Assembly (NCBI GenBank): GCA_963769025.1
Contig: CAVYKI010000006.1
Span: 480,001-544,000, forward strand
Direction: 5' to 3'
Source of the DNA: an uncultured Verrucomicrobiae bacterium
Lineage (GTDB): Bacteria; Verrucomicrobiota; Verrucomicrobiia; Chthoniobacterales; Chthoniobacteraceae
Length of the DNA: 64,000 nt
The notes under the pieces were generated by a model. That model had not been told where the DNA came from, ran no database searches, and saw only the letters and a program-made list of their open reading frames with translations. The translations under genes and the position numbers were made by a program. Below, in pieces: positions 29,249 to 39,500 of the stretch (positions within the stretch are counted from its first letter, which is position 1; each line of letters opens with the position of its first letter).

Positions 29249-30886
29249 ATGGCGCCCAGTTACAGCCACGGCGTTTCCACAAAGCCGCTCATCGGCAAAA
29301 CGATCGGCGCGATGCTGGATGATGTCGCGGGGGAGTTCTGTGCGAATGAAGCGCTGGTCTCGGTGTTCGAGAATCGGCGACTCACCTACGCGCAGTTGCG
29401 CGGCGAAGCGGACCGCTGCTCGCGGGCGCTGATGGCCATCGGAGTCGGAAAAGGCGACCGCATCGGGCTATGGTCCACGAACTGCGCGGCGTGGGTGATC
29501 GTGCAATTTGCGACTGCGAAAGCCGGGGCAGTCCTCGTGAACATCAATCCCGCGTACCGCGCATCGGAGCTCGAATACACGCTCAACCAATCCGAGGCGA
29601 CCTGCCTGATCATCGGTGAAGGTTTCAAGGACACCTGCTACGCGGACATGCTGGCGAAGCTGCGCAGCAGGCTGCCGCATCTGCGTAAGGTGATTTCACT
29701 GGTGCCGAAAACGGGGCTGACGGAATGGGACGGGTTTCTGGCCGGCGCGGAGTGCGTCGAACCGGATGCGCTGGCTGATCGGGAGGCGTCGCTCGATTGC
29801 GATGACGTCATCAACGTGCAGTACACCTCGGGCACGACCGGCTTTCCGAAGGGCGCGATGCTCACGCATCACAACATCCTCAACAACGGCTTCTGGGTCG
29901 GCGAGCGGATGCGACTGACGCGTCTTGATCGGCTCTGCATCCCGGTGCCGTTCTACCACTGCTTCGGCATGGTCCTCGCGAATCTCGCTTGCGTGACCCA
30001 TGGCGCGACCATGGTCCTGCCAGCCCCGCACTTCTCGCCCATCCACACGCTTGAAGCGGTCGCGCGCGAGCGCTGCACGGCGCTGCACGGCGTGCCGACG
30101 ATGTTCATCGCCGAACTCGATCATCCGCGATTCCGCGAGTTCGATTTGTCGACGCTCCGCACGGGCATCATGGCCGGCGCGCCGTGCCCGATCGAGGTGA
30201 TGAAGCGAGTGATGAGCGAGATGCACATGGCCGAGATCACCATCGCGTGCGGGATGACCGAGACCTCGCCGGTTTGCAACATGACGGAGGTGGACGACCC
30301 GATCGAAGTGCGCACCGGCACCGTGGGCAAGGTCATGCCGCATCAGGAGCAAAAAATCATCGACCCCGAGACGGGCCGCATTCTCCCGCGCGGCGAGCCG
30401 GGCGAACTCTGCTACCGCGGCTATCAGGTTATGCGCGGCTACCTGAACAACCCCGATGGCACCCGCCAGACGATCGACGAGGCGGGCTGGCTGCACGGCG
30501 GCGATCTCGCCGTGATGGACGAGCACGGTTACGTGCGCATGACCGGCCGTCTCAAGGACATGATCTGCCGCGGCGGGGAGAAGATCTTCCCGCGCGAGGT
30601 GGAGGAATTCCTCTTTGCGCACCCGAAAATCGCCGAGGCATACGTGGTCGGCGTGCCCGACGCGTACTACGGCGAGCAGGTCGTAGCATGGGTGAAAGCG
30701 AAGGACGGTCAGACGCTGACAGCGGAGGAAGTGACCGCCTTCTGCCGCGGGCAAATCATGGATTACAAGATCCCCACCCACGTAAAATTCGTGAGCGAAT
30801 TTCCGACGACGGTGACCGGCAAGATCCAGAAATACAAAATGCGCGAGGAGAGCGCCCGGGAACTCGGTCTCACACCGACGGCCTGA
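29249..30886 (+). CDS. Fatty acyl-CoA synthetase (ACSF2-like AMP-binding protein)
   Basis: AGGAGG RBS; YTSGTTGFPKG, PFYHCFGMV, GMTETSP, TVTGKIQK. Confidence 0.92.
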   Translation: MAPSYSHGVSTKPLIGKTIGAMLDDVAGEFCANEALVSVFENRRLTYAQLRGEADRCSRALMAIGVGKGDRIGLWSTNCAAWVIVQFATAKAGAVLVNINPAYRASELEYTLNQSEATCLIIGEGFKDTCYADMLAKLRSRLPHLRKVISLVPKTGLTEWDGFLAGAECVEPDALADREASLDCDDVINVQYTSGTTGFPKGAMLTHHNILNNGFWVGERMRLTRLDRLCIPVPFYHCFGMVLANLACVTHGATMVLPAPHFSPIHTLEAVARERCTALHGVPTMFIAELDHPRFREFDLSTLRTGIMAGAPCPIEVMKRVMSEMHMAEITIACGMTETSPVCNMTEVDDPIEVRTGTVGKVMPHQEQKIIDPETGRILPRGEPGELCYRGYQVMRGYLNNPDGTRQTIDEAGWLHGGDLAVMDEHGYVRMTGRLKDMICRGGEKIFPREVEEFLFAHPKIAEAYVVGVPDAYYGEQVVAWVKAKDGQTLTAEEVTAFCRGQIMDYKIPTHVKFVSEFPTTVTGKIQKYKMREESARELGLTPTA

Positions 30887-32630
30887 ATTTACCGACCAGT
30901 TCGGACAACCGTCCGGTGATCTGGCCGAGCGAGCAGTGTTCGACGGTTTTGATCAGTTCGGCGAAGACGTTGCCGCCGCTCTCGACCACGCACGCAAGGG
31001 CGTCGAGGGCGCGACCGGATTTCGCGGCGTTGCGCCGTTTGAATTTCCGCAGGCGATCGACCTGAAGCTGCTTCTTGTTGCGTGGCGTGCGGACGACCTT
31101 CGGTTCCGCGAGCTGGTCGGCCGGGGTGACGTAGCGATTGAGGCCGATGATGGGGCGGGTGCCGTCGGCGATCTGCTGTTCGTAGCGGTGCGCGGCAGCC
31201 TGGATTTGCGCCCGCTGATAGCGCAGCTCGACGGCTGGGAGGACGCCGCCGAGACGATTGAGCGTGCGGAATTCGTCGAGGATCGCGCGTTCGACGGCCT
31301 GCTCGACGAGTTGCATCCCCGGCGAGCCGCCGAAGAGATTTGTCATGTGCCGGAAGAGGCCGGTCTCCTCAAGCAGGATGGACTGCGCGTGCGCGGCGAG
31401 GCGGACGTATTCCTCGCCGGGCGTGGTGAACGGTTCGTCGGCGCTGTTGCTGTGGCAGGAGTTGGTGGCGTTGATGTACGCGAGCAGCAGCTCGACTGCC
31501 GTGCGCGTCAGGTTGTTCTTGAACTCGTGGGCGATGAGCGAGCGTCCGCTGGTCTGCGTGTGGAGCCTGAAGAGCTGAGCGCGCTCGCCGGCGCCGAAGA
31601 CGTCGCGCATCCCGATGGCCCAGATCTTCCGGCAGACGCGGGCGAGCGCGAGGTATTCGATGTCGAGACCGCAATCGAGGAAGAACGAGAGCCGCGGGCC
31701 GAAGCGATCGACATCGAGCCCGCGCGCGCGGAAGAGTTCGACGTAGGCGAAGCCGTTGGAAAGCGTGTAGGCGGCCTGCTGCACGGGCGTCGCGCCGGCT
31801 TCGGCGATGTGGTAGCCGCTGATCGAAATGGGATACCAGCGCGGCATGTGCGCCGTGGTGTATTCGACCATGTCGGTGAGGAAGCGCAGCGAGGCTTCGA
31901 GCGGAAAGATGATTTCGTTCTGCGCCTGCACCTCCTTCAAAATGTCGGCCTGGATGGTGCCGCGCAGCTTGGCGGCGATGCGCGGCCCGAAGCGGCGCCG
32001 GGCGGCGGCGACATACATCGCGAGGATGATCGGCGCCGGGCCGTTGATCGTCATCGAGGCGGAGAAATGCGCGTCGCCGAGGGGAAAGCGGGCGAACAGG
32101 CGCTCCATGTCGTCGATCGTGTCGATGGCCACGCCGCCTTCGCCGATCTTGCCGAAGACTCCGTCGGCGTCGCTGTCGAGCCCGTAGAGCGTCGGCCCGT
32201 CGAATGCGGTGCTGAGGCGGAGTGAACGCTGATGTTTCGTGAGGAAATGGAAGCGCGCATTTGTGTCCTCCGCGAGCCCGAGGCCGGCGAAGAGGCGGGT
32301 CGGTTCCTCGGATGTGCGGTCGGCCGATGCGCCCGAACCGCTGTGATACGTCTCCGGGTAGATCGCATTCGTGAACGGGAATTTGCCGGGCAATCCTTCG
32401 CCGAAAAGAACGCGGGCGATCTCGCCGGGCTCATCGCCGGCGGGCAGGGCGGCTGCCGGAAGCTCAAGACCTGTCGGTGTGCGCACCGTGCGGATGCCCT
32501 TGCGGATTGTCTTCCATTGGCGGCGCAATTTTCCGCCGAAAACAGCGTCCTCGCGGGCGCGGTGCACCTGAGCGGACACGAAGCGCGCATGCGCCTCGAC
32601 ACTCTCGCAGACGCGGGCCAGGGCGCTCAT
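30870..32630 (-). CDS. Acyl-CoA mutase substrate-binding subunit (IcmF C-terminal-like, isobutyryl-CoA mutase type)
   Basis: RLFAG, RLSTAFD, SMTINGPAP, GTIQADILKEVQAQN, ISISGYHIAEAG, HTQTSGRSL; no B12-binding domain. Confidence 0.88.
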   Translation of the reverse strand: MSALARVCESVEAHARFVSAQVHRAREDAVFGGKLRRQWKTIRKGIRTVRTPTGLELPAAALPAGDEPGEIARVLFGEGLPGKFPFTNAIYPETYHSGSGASADRTSEEPTRLFAGLGLAEDTNARFHFLTKHQRSLRLSTAFDGPTLYGLDSDADGVFGKIGEGGVAIDTIDDMERLFARFPLGDAHFSASMTINGPAPIILAMYVAAARRRFGPRIAAKLRGTIQADILKEVQAQNEIIFPLEASLRFLTDMVEYTTAHMPRWYPISISGYHIAEAGATPVQQAAYTLSNGFAYVELFRARGLDVDRFGPRLSFFLDCGLDIEYLALARVCRKIWAIGMRDVFGAGERAQLFRLHTQTSGRSLIAHEFKNNLTRTAVELLLAYINATNSCHSNSADEPFTTPGEEYVRLAAHAQSILLEETGLFRHMTNLFGGSPGMQLVEQAVERAILDEFRTLNRLGGVLPAVELRYQRAQIQAAAHRYEQQIADGTRPIIGLNRYVTPADQLAEPKVVRTPRNKKQLQVDRLRKFKRRNAAKSGRALDALACVVESGGNVFAELIKTVEHCSLGQITGRLSELVGKFRPSV

Positions 32631-33697
32631 GCGCTCACCTCCTCGAAAAGCCGATCCACGCCGGTGTCGCGATGCCGTTTGGCGACGGTGGCGATGACGC
32701 GCTGGCCGCGCCCGTTTGCCGCAAGCCGCGCTCCGATCTCCGCGACGGCGGTCGCGGCACCGGCGAGGTCGCCTTTGTTCACGACGACGATGTCCGCGGC
32801 GTCGAGCATCACGATCTTCTGGAGTTGGAGGCGGCTGCCGTAGTCTGAGCCCATGACGAAGAGCGACTTGTCCACGAGTCCGCGACGGAACGGGAGCGCT
32901 TCCTGCCCAATGCCGACCGTCTCGACGAAAATCACATCGAACCCGCCGTGTTTCATCGCCCGCAACCAGCGCGCGCTTTCCAGCGAAAGACCGCCGGCGC
33001 GACCGCGCGTGGCGAGGCTGTGCATGAAGACGCGGTCGTCCTGCGAATGGATCATCGTCGCGCGGTCGCCGAGCAGCGCGCCTTTGCCGGTGATGCTCGG
33101 ATCGTGGGAGAGAATGGCGATGCGCGCTTCGGGGCGCGCCTTCAGCCAGCGCAGCACGAGTTCGTCGATGAGCGTGGATTTTCCCGCACCGCCGGCACCG
33201 GCGATGCCGACGACGGTGGGGCGACGACGGGGGCGCATTTTCGGAGTGCTCCAGCCATCGAGCGTTGGGCGTTGGACCTTGGACGTTCGACGTTTTGCCC
33301 GGCCGTATCGCTCGCGCACGAAGGCCACGATCGCCGTGAGCGGTTCACCGGCGAAGAAGATCCGGTCCACGCCCTTGCGTCCCAAGATCGCGGCGTCCGC
33401 TTTCGTGATGGTTCCGCCGCCGCCACCGAAGACGCCGATGTGAGAGGCGCGCAGCATTTTCAGAAGGGAGACGACCTCGGTGAAGAAGTCGACGTGCCCG
33501 CCATTGTAGCTGGAGATGCCGATGGCGCGGACGTTTTCCTGGACGGCCGCCCGGACGATGTCGCGCGCCGAGCGATGGTAGCCGAGGTAGACGACCTCGA
33601 TGCCGTGCCGGATGAACTCAAGATTGATCGTATTGATCGCGCTGTCGTGCCCGTCGCAAATCGGCACTGCGGTGAGTAGGCGGATGGGTTCGGCCAT
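32627..33697 (-). CDS. Cobalamin-binding domain fused to MeaB-like GTPase (IcmF N-terminal half)
   Basis: DGHD B12 motif, SSYNGGH, FGGGGG; Walker A GAGGAGKS, DPS, ALLGDR, ETVGIGQ, NKGD. Confidence 0.88.
   Translation of the reverse strand: MAEPIRLLTAVPICDGHDSAINTINLEFIRHGIEVVYLGYHRSARDIVRAAVQENVRAIGISSYNGGHVDFFTEVVSLLKMLRASHIGVFGGGGGTITKADAAILGRKGVDRIFFAGEPLTAIVAFVRERYGRAKRRTSKVQRPTLDGWSTPKMRPRRRPTVVGIAGAGGAGKSTLIDELVLRWLKARPEARIAILSHDPSITGKGALLGDRATMIHSQDDRVFMHSLATRGRAGGLSLESARWLRAMKHGGFDVIFVETVGIGQEALPFRRGLVDKSLFVMGSDYGSRLQLQKIVMLDAADIVVVNKGDLAGAATAVAEIGARLAANGRGQRVIATVAKRHRDTGVDRLFEEVSA
33257..33294. repeat. Degenerate 7-nt tandem repeat (TTGGACG-like, about 5 units) inside the Cbl-GTPase linker
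   Basis: tcgagcg ttgggcg ttggacc ttggacg ttcgacg; encodes KRRTSKVQRPTLD. Confidence 0.7.
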
Positions 33698-33754
33698 TGG
33701 AGAATCTCCCGGCGCCAGCGTAATGCGAAACGGAGTGCGGGGCAACGCGCCGCT

Positions 33755-34996
33755 TTATGCGGCTTCCCAAATCATCACGACCGTCGTGGTCACGCTGCCG
33801 CCGATGTTGCAGGTGAGGAAGCGCTTTGCCCCCTCGATCTGCCGCGCGCCAGCCGTGCCGGTGAGATGCTGATACGCTTCGACGACCTGCCTCACGCCGG
33901 TGGCGCCGACAGGGTGGCCCTCGCCGAGCAGGCCGCCGCCGGCATTGACGGGAAGATTTCGGATTCCGGATTCCGGATTCCGGATTTGGACAAACTCACG
34001 GACGGTGGGAAGCGAAGTCGCGCCGCTCTCGAGCAGCGCCGCGCCTTTTCCCGGCGCTGCGAGGCCGAGCAATTCATATTGGACGATCTCGGAAATCGAA
34101 AAGCAGTCATGCACTTCAGCGCCGTGAATGTCGCCCGGACCGATGCCAGCCATCGCGTAGGCATGGGCCGATGCCATGGCGGCGATGGGAAAATCAGGGA
34201 GTTCCTTCCGATCGAGCGCGAGATGGTCCGTCGTGTGGCCAAAGCCGAGCAGGCGTGCCGTGCGCCGTGCGGCGTGCGTGCGGAAATAGCGCTCCGAACA
34301 AAGCACAAGTGCGGCGGCACCGTCGGTGATTTGCGAGCAGTCGCTCAGCTTGAGGGGTGGTGCGATGATCGGGTTTTCCACACCCGCAGCGGATGCCTCC
34401 CCGAAGGTCAGCGCCGTCTCGCGCGTTTGCGCGAGAGGATTCAGGCGTGCGTGAGCGCGATTTTTTACGGCGACCGTTGCGAGCTGTGCTTCCGTCAATC
34501 CGTGGCGCTCCGCATACCGCAGCGCGATGCGGGCGAAGAGCTTCGGAAACAGGAAGTCTCCATACTGCGCCCGCTCTTCCACGTAATGGGCGGCGGCACC
34601 GAGCACGTCGGCACCTTCCGCAGGGGACATGGTCTTTTGCTGTTCGGCGCCGACGACGAGAACGACATCGTGAAGGCCGCCCATGATCTGTTGCGCACCG
34701 GCGAGCACGGCAACGCCCCCGGAGGCGCATGCCGCCTCGACATGCATGGTGGGAAGTCCGCGTATCGCCGGATTGATCTCCGTCAGGAACGCGCCGAGAT
34801 GGAGCTGTCGGGTGAAGAGGCCGGCGGCAAAATTGCCGACGACGCCAGCCTCGATGTCAGCCGGTGCGATCCGCGCATCCGCAATTGCCACGTGTCCCGC
34901 CTCGATGATCAGATCCCCGAGCGCCAAACCTTCCTTGCGGAGGTTTCTCCGGAAGTCAGTCCGCCCCGCACCCAGGATGAAGACAGGCTCGGCCAT
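33755..34996 (-). CDS. Acetyl-CoA acetyltransferase, SCP2-type thiolase (catalytically intact)
   Basis: EAACASGG, TDGAAA, HDCF, GHPVGATG, NIGGS. Confidence 0.92.
   Translation of the reverse strand: MAEPVFILGAGRTDFRRNLRKEGLALGDLIIEAGHVAIADARIAPADIEAGVVGNFAAGLFTRQLHLGAFLTEINPAIRGLPTMHVEAACASGGVAVLAGAQQIMGGLHDVVLVVGAEQQKTMSPAEGADVLGAAAHYVEERAQYGDFLFPKLFARIALRYAERHGLTEAQLATVAVKNRAHARLNPLAQTRETALTFGEASAAGVENPIIAPPLKLSDCSQITDGAAALVLCSERYFRTHAARRTARLLGFGHTTDHLALDRKELPDFPIAAMASAHAYAMAGIGPGDIHGAEVHDCFSISEIVQYELLGLAAPGKGAALLESGATSLPTVREFVQIRNPESGIRNLPVNAGGGLLGEGHPVGATGVRQVVEAYQHLTGTAGARQIEGAKRFLTCNIGGSVTTTVVMIWEAA
33954..33990. repeat. 7-nt tandem repeat (GGATTCC, 5 units incl. 2 variants) inside the thiolase
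   Basis: agatttc ggattcc ggattcc ggattcc ggatttg; encodes QIRNPESGIRNL. Confidence 0.85.
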
Positions 34997-35265
34997 TTTG
35001 TTTTCGTTGGGATAGACTACGCGCCAACTCGCATGGGATCAACGGGGCGGCTGGAATCGGTGCGGGGTGATGAGGAAGGGCGGGGGAACAATGCGGGCGA
35101 GGTTGGGGGGCGACGGGTGGCAGAGGCGATTCTCTCCCCGCTGGGGTCCGATGCGCTGAAAGTGCGATTGTCGGGACGGTCGTGCGCGAACGATGTGCGC
35201 CGGATTGCGATCACCCACTGGCCGGGGTTGATCGGTTTTTCCGAGGCATCCAAGGCCTCTCGGAA

Positions 35266-35355
35266 TGGCGGAAGGGGTGGGATTCGAACCCACGGTAGGT
35301 TTTACCCTACTCTCGATTTCGAGTCGAGTGCCTTTAACCACTCAGCCACCCTTCC
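35266..35355 (-). tRNA. tRNA-Ser (anticodon CGA)
   Basis: GGAAGGGTGGCTGAGTGGTTAAAGGCA-CTCGA CT CGA AA TCGAG-long variable arm-GTGGGTTCGAATCCCAC-CCCTTCCG CCA. Confidence 0.97.
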
Positions 35356-35655
35356 ATTGAGCTTCGCCATCGGTTTTCGGAAAACTGCCGCTTGCGCGGC
35401 GATTCCGGCCACCGTGGGAATGGCCGTTACTATGGGAACACGCGCGCTGTCGGCAAGGGAGAAAATCGAAGACCCGTGAAAGCGCGCGTTTCATGCGACA
35501 TGATGGCTGAGGTCTCGCGGAGCGCGGAAGATCAGCTCCGCCATTGCTCTGGCTTGCGGGCGGCGAAAGGAACGGATGCGAGGTTGCGGCGGTCAGCGGA
35601 TTTCCGGGCGACGTTTGCGGGGCCCGGTGGCACGGCACGTGCGGATGAAGGTGTC

Positions 35656-36264
35656 ATGATGCGGACAAAGCCCAAAAAAAGCACCACGCGCCGGAAACAT
35701 TTTCCAACAGTAAAGACGAGGAGGCTCCTTGTGTTCGCGAGTGCCCTGATGTTCGTCGCCGTTCTGCAAAATGTTCCATGGCTGGTCTCCAATGACTTTG
35801 GCGCCGACGGTCCCGCGATTCCCGACAATCGTCCTGCATCGGGCTTCGGCTTGGGCACCGAATCGACGTTGGATGACAGCGCAGCGCAAGGCGGTCTGCC
35901 AGGCGTGCCGCAGACGATCCAGCAGGCCTTTGCGCATGGCGGAACGACGGCGGCTCCGGACAAGTCCGGGAGTGCATGGAACGACGACTACCTGATCGTT
36001 TATGAGGGCTCGCAATCCGCGGGTCGGGTGATGGCCAAGAGTGCCCCGGACGCACAAGGGTTCGTCTCGACTGCTGGTTCCGGCGGAGGTTCGGTCCGTT
36101 CGCACGGAGGCAGCTTTTTTGTCCCATTTTCGAGCCTCGCAAAAAGTGCGGTGGCTGAGGAGGGGGGCGGTGGGAGTTCATCCGAGCGGTTTGGTGGAGG
36201 GGTGACCGCAAGTGTCACTTCATCCGCGGGCTCGCTCCCTTCGCTGTCGGTGGTCAGCCCCTGA
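35656..36264 (+). CDS. Hypothetical protein: basic N-terminus, one TM segment, Gly/Ser-rich tail
   Basis: MMRTKPKKSTTRRKH, then LLVFASALMFVAVL TM; no recognisable domain. Confidence 0.45.
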   Translation: MMRTKPKKSTTRRKHFPTVKTRRLLVFASALMFVAVLQNVPWLVSNDFGADGPAIPDNRPASGFGLGTESTLDDSAAQGGLPGVPQTIQQAFAHGGTTAAPDKSGSAWNDDYLIVYEGSQSAGRVMAKSAPDAQGFVSTAGSGGGSVRSHGGSFFVPFSSLAKSAVAEEGGGGSSSERFGGGVTASVTSSAGSLPSLSVVSP

Positions 36265-36595
36265 GTGCGTGGCTGGTTGGAAAATCCGGATTGCTTCTGA
36301 TTTTCAGGCGCCGGAGCAAACGACACGTGCGCTGCCAGCTGCCGGGGGGATGCTGATCGCGAAGCTGGGCCCGCGTGCTTTTGGCCATCGTGTATGCTCC
36401 GATGGGATGTGCCGTGAGGTGAGCGTGTCGAAGCTGCGCTTCGACGGTTGAGGTGGTGAGTTCGCAGCGCGGGCATTTCCGCTGCGGGACGCAGTCGCCG
36501 GACTTGCGACTTCGTGTCTTTTGTCGCACACGTTTGTTTCCATTGGATTGCACCAAAGCCACGCATTTCCCCGTCCGCAGCAGCGACTCTCCTTC

Positions 36596-39500
36596 ATGAA
36601 ATTCCCACTCAGCCTTCATTCTGCGTTCCTTGTCGCCACGATGCTCGTGCAAGGTGAAACTCCCGCCCATGCTGCGCCAGCGGCACCCGTGGTGAATGCG
36701 GCGGCTGCGAAGCCCGTGTTCGAAACGCCGCCGATGACGAGCAGGTCGCAGCCGCGGCTCCTCACTGTGGATGCCCCGCTCAAGGGTGCGAAGGAACTTT
36801 ACCTCGTCGTCTCGGACGAATCCTCGAAGAGTTGCGATTGGGCCGACTGGCTCGATCCGAAACTCATCATGGCCGACGGCACCGTGAGGGATCTCACGTC
36901 ACTCAAATGGAAGTCGGCCACGGCTGGCTCCGGCAAGGTCTACACCGGGAAGAACGCGATGGGCTCCGCGCTGATGGTGGACAAGAAGACCTACACGAAC
37001 GGCATCGGCACGCACGGTGCCTCGATCATCGCCTACGATCTTCCCGCTGGCGTGGACCGCCTCACGGCGGAGGTTGCGATCGATGACGGTGGCATGATTC
37101 GCAAGGGCGGTCCCAGTGATGCCGCCGTGCGTTTTCTCGTTTTTACCGCGGCGCCGTTGCCGGTTGCGATTTCGGGAAAACGAGGCAAAGCGGCAAAGCC
37201 GAGCCTGACCGAGGGCCCGGAGTTTGTGCAGCCGGGGATGTTCACGGTGCCGGAGGGATTCGAGGTCACGCTCTGGGCGACTTCCCCGCTGCTGTTCAAT
37301 CCGACAAACATGGACTTTGACGCGCAGGGCCGGCTCTACGTGACCGAGGGCGTGAACTATCGCGGGAAGGGAGGACGCCGGTCGGAAGGTGACCGGGTCG
37401 TCGTGCTCGAAGACACCACCGGCTCCGGCAAGGCCGACAAGAGCACCGTTTTTGTGCAGGATCCGAATCTCGCTTCGCCGCTCGGTGTCGCGGTGCTCGG
37501 CGACAAGGTCATCGTCTCGCAGCCGCCCGACCTGCTCGTTTACACGGATGTGGACCGCGACGGGAAATTCGATCCCAAGGTGGACAAGCGCGAGGTGCTG
37601 CTCACCGGCTTCAACGGACGCCAGCACGACCACAGCCTGCACAGCGTCACCGCCGGGCCGGACGGGCAGTGGTATTTCAACCAGGGCAACACCGGCGCGC
37701 AGTTCACGGACAAGTCGGGCAAGACCTTCCGCATGGGCAGCCCTTACACCGCGTCCAAGACGGCCGTGGATCCGAGCACGGTCGCCGGCATGAAGAGCGA
37801 CGATGGCAACGTGTGGGTCGGCGGCTTCACCGCTCGGATGAATCCCGACGGCACGGGCGTGAAAATCATGGGGCACAATTACCGCAACAGCTACGAGCAG
37901 ACGGTCACTTCGCTCGGCGACATCTTCCAGAGCGACAACGACGATCCGCCGGCGTGCCGCGTGACGGCGGTCATCGAGGGCGGCAATGCGGGCTTCGCCT
38001 CCGCCGACGGCAAGCGCACGTGGAAGGCCGACATGCGCCCCGGCCAGACGACGCCCATCGCCGAATGGCGTCAGGAAGATCCCGGCACGATGCCCGCGGG
38101 CGATGTCTATGGCGGCGGCTCGCCGACCGGCGTCGCGTTTTATGAAAATGGCGCGCTCGGTGAAAAATGGAACGGCCTGCTGCTCGCGTGCGAGGCGGGG
38201 AAGAACGTCGTCTTCGGCTACTTCCCGAAACCCGACGGCGCGGGTTTCAAGATGGAGCGCTTCGATTTCATGACGTCGAACAAGGAGAAGGAATTTGCCG
38301 GTTCGGATTTCCTCGGTGGCGGCACGAGCGTCACGAATGAACTCAAGACGCTGTTCCGCCCGAGCGACGTGTGTGTCGGCCCCGACGGTGCGATCTACGT
38401 CGCGGACTGGTACGACCCCGGTGTCGGCGGCCACGGCACGCGCGATGATCGCTACACCGGATCGATCTACCGCATTGCGCCGAAAGGATTCCGCTCCGTC
38501 GTGCCGAAGCTCGATCTCATGACCACCGAAGGCCAGATCGCCGCACTGAAAAGCCCCGCGGTGAATGTCCGCAACAGCGGCTTCACGCGCCTGAAGGCGC
38601 AGGGCGCGAAGGCCGTGCCCGCCGTCGCCGCGCTGCTCGATGACAAAAATCCTTACATCGCCGCGCGCGCCGTGTGGCTGCTCGCGCAGATGCGCGATGA
38701 GGGTGTCGCTAAAGTCACGCCGCTGCTCGAATCGAAGGACGACACGGTGCGCCTCGTCGCATTCCGCGCGCTGCGCACGGGAAATCGCGACGTCCTCTCA
38801 ATGGACGTGAAGACGGTGGATGACAGTTCGGCGGCCGTGCGTCGCGAGGTCGCGCTCTCGCTCCGCGATTTTTCGGATGTGGCGGTCAGGAACCGTTGGA
38901 CGGTGCAAAAAAAGGTGCCTTTCGATCCGTACCTGAAGAGTCTGCTGACTCTCGCGGAGAAATTCGACGGCAAGGATCGCGCCTATCTCGAATCGTTTGG
39001 CCTCGCCTGCAAGGGGCACGAAGCGGAAGTCTATCCCATGATTGCTCATGCGATGGGCGGCAGCGCCGAGTCGTGGAGCGATGCCTTTGCGTGGCTCGCC
39101 TGGCGCCTGCATCCCGCCGAGGCGGTGAATGATTTCAAGACGCGCATCCTTTCCCCCAAGCTCAGCCTCGAACAGCGCAAGCTCATGCTCACCGCGCTCG
39201 CCTTTGTCCCCACGCGCGAGGCCGCCGGCGCGATGCTGGAGGTCGCACACGCGAAGGACTTCCCGATGAAGGACCTCGCAATGTGGTGGCTGCTGAACCG
39301 CAAGGGCAACGACTGGAAACCGTACGATGTCGAAGGCGGCATGAAGGCGCTCGGCCTCTACGATCCAGACAAGGTCAAGCTCGTCGCCGTCGAAATGCCG
39401 CCGATGTCCGCTGGCGCGCCGAAGCTCCCGCCTTTCGCCGAGATCGCGAAGCTCAAGGGCGACGCGAAGGACGGGCAGAACGCCATCGCCGTGTGCTACA

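Noticed and set aside
30870..32630. Methylmalonyl-CoA mutase for propionate use
   Set aside because: Has Phe and Gln where MCM has Tyr and Arg, and no epimerase or carboxylase is nearby
16990..35355. Acyl-CoA locus as an integrative island at the tRNA-Ser 3' end
   Set aside because: The position is suggestive, but I found no integrase, no duplicated tRNA 3' end and no obvious compositional break
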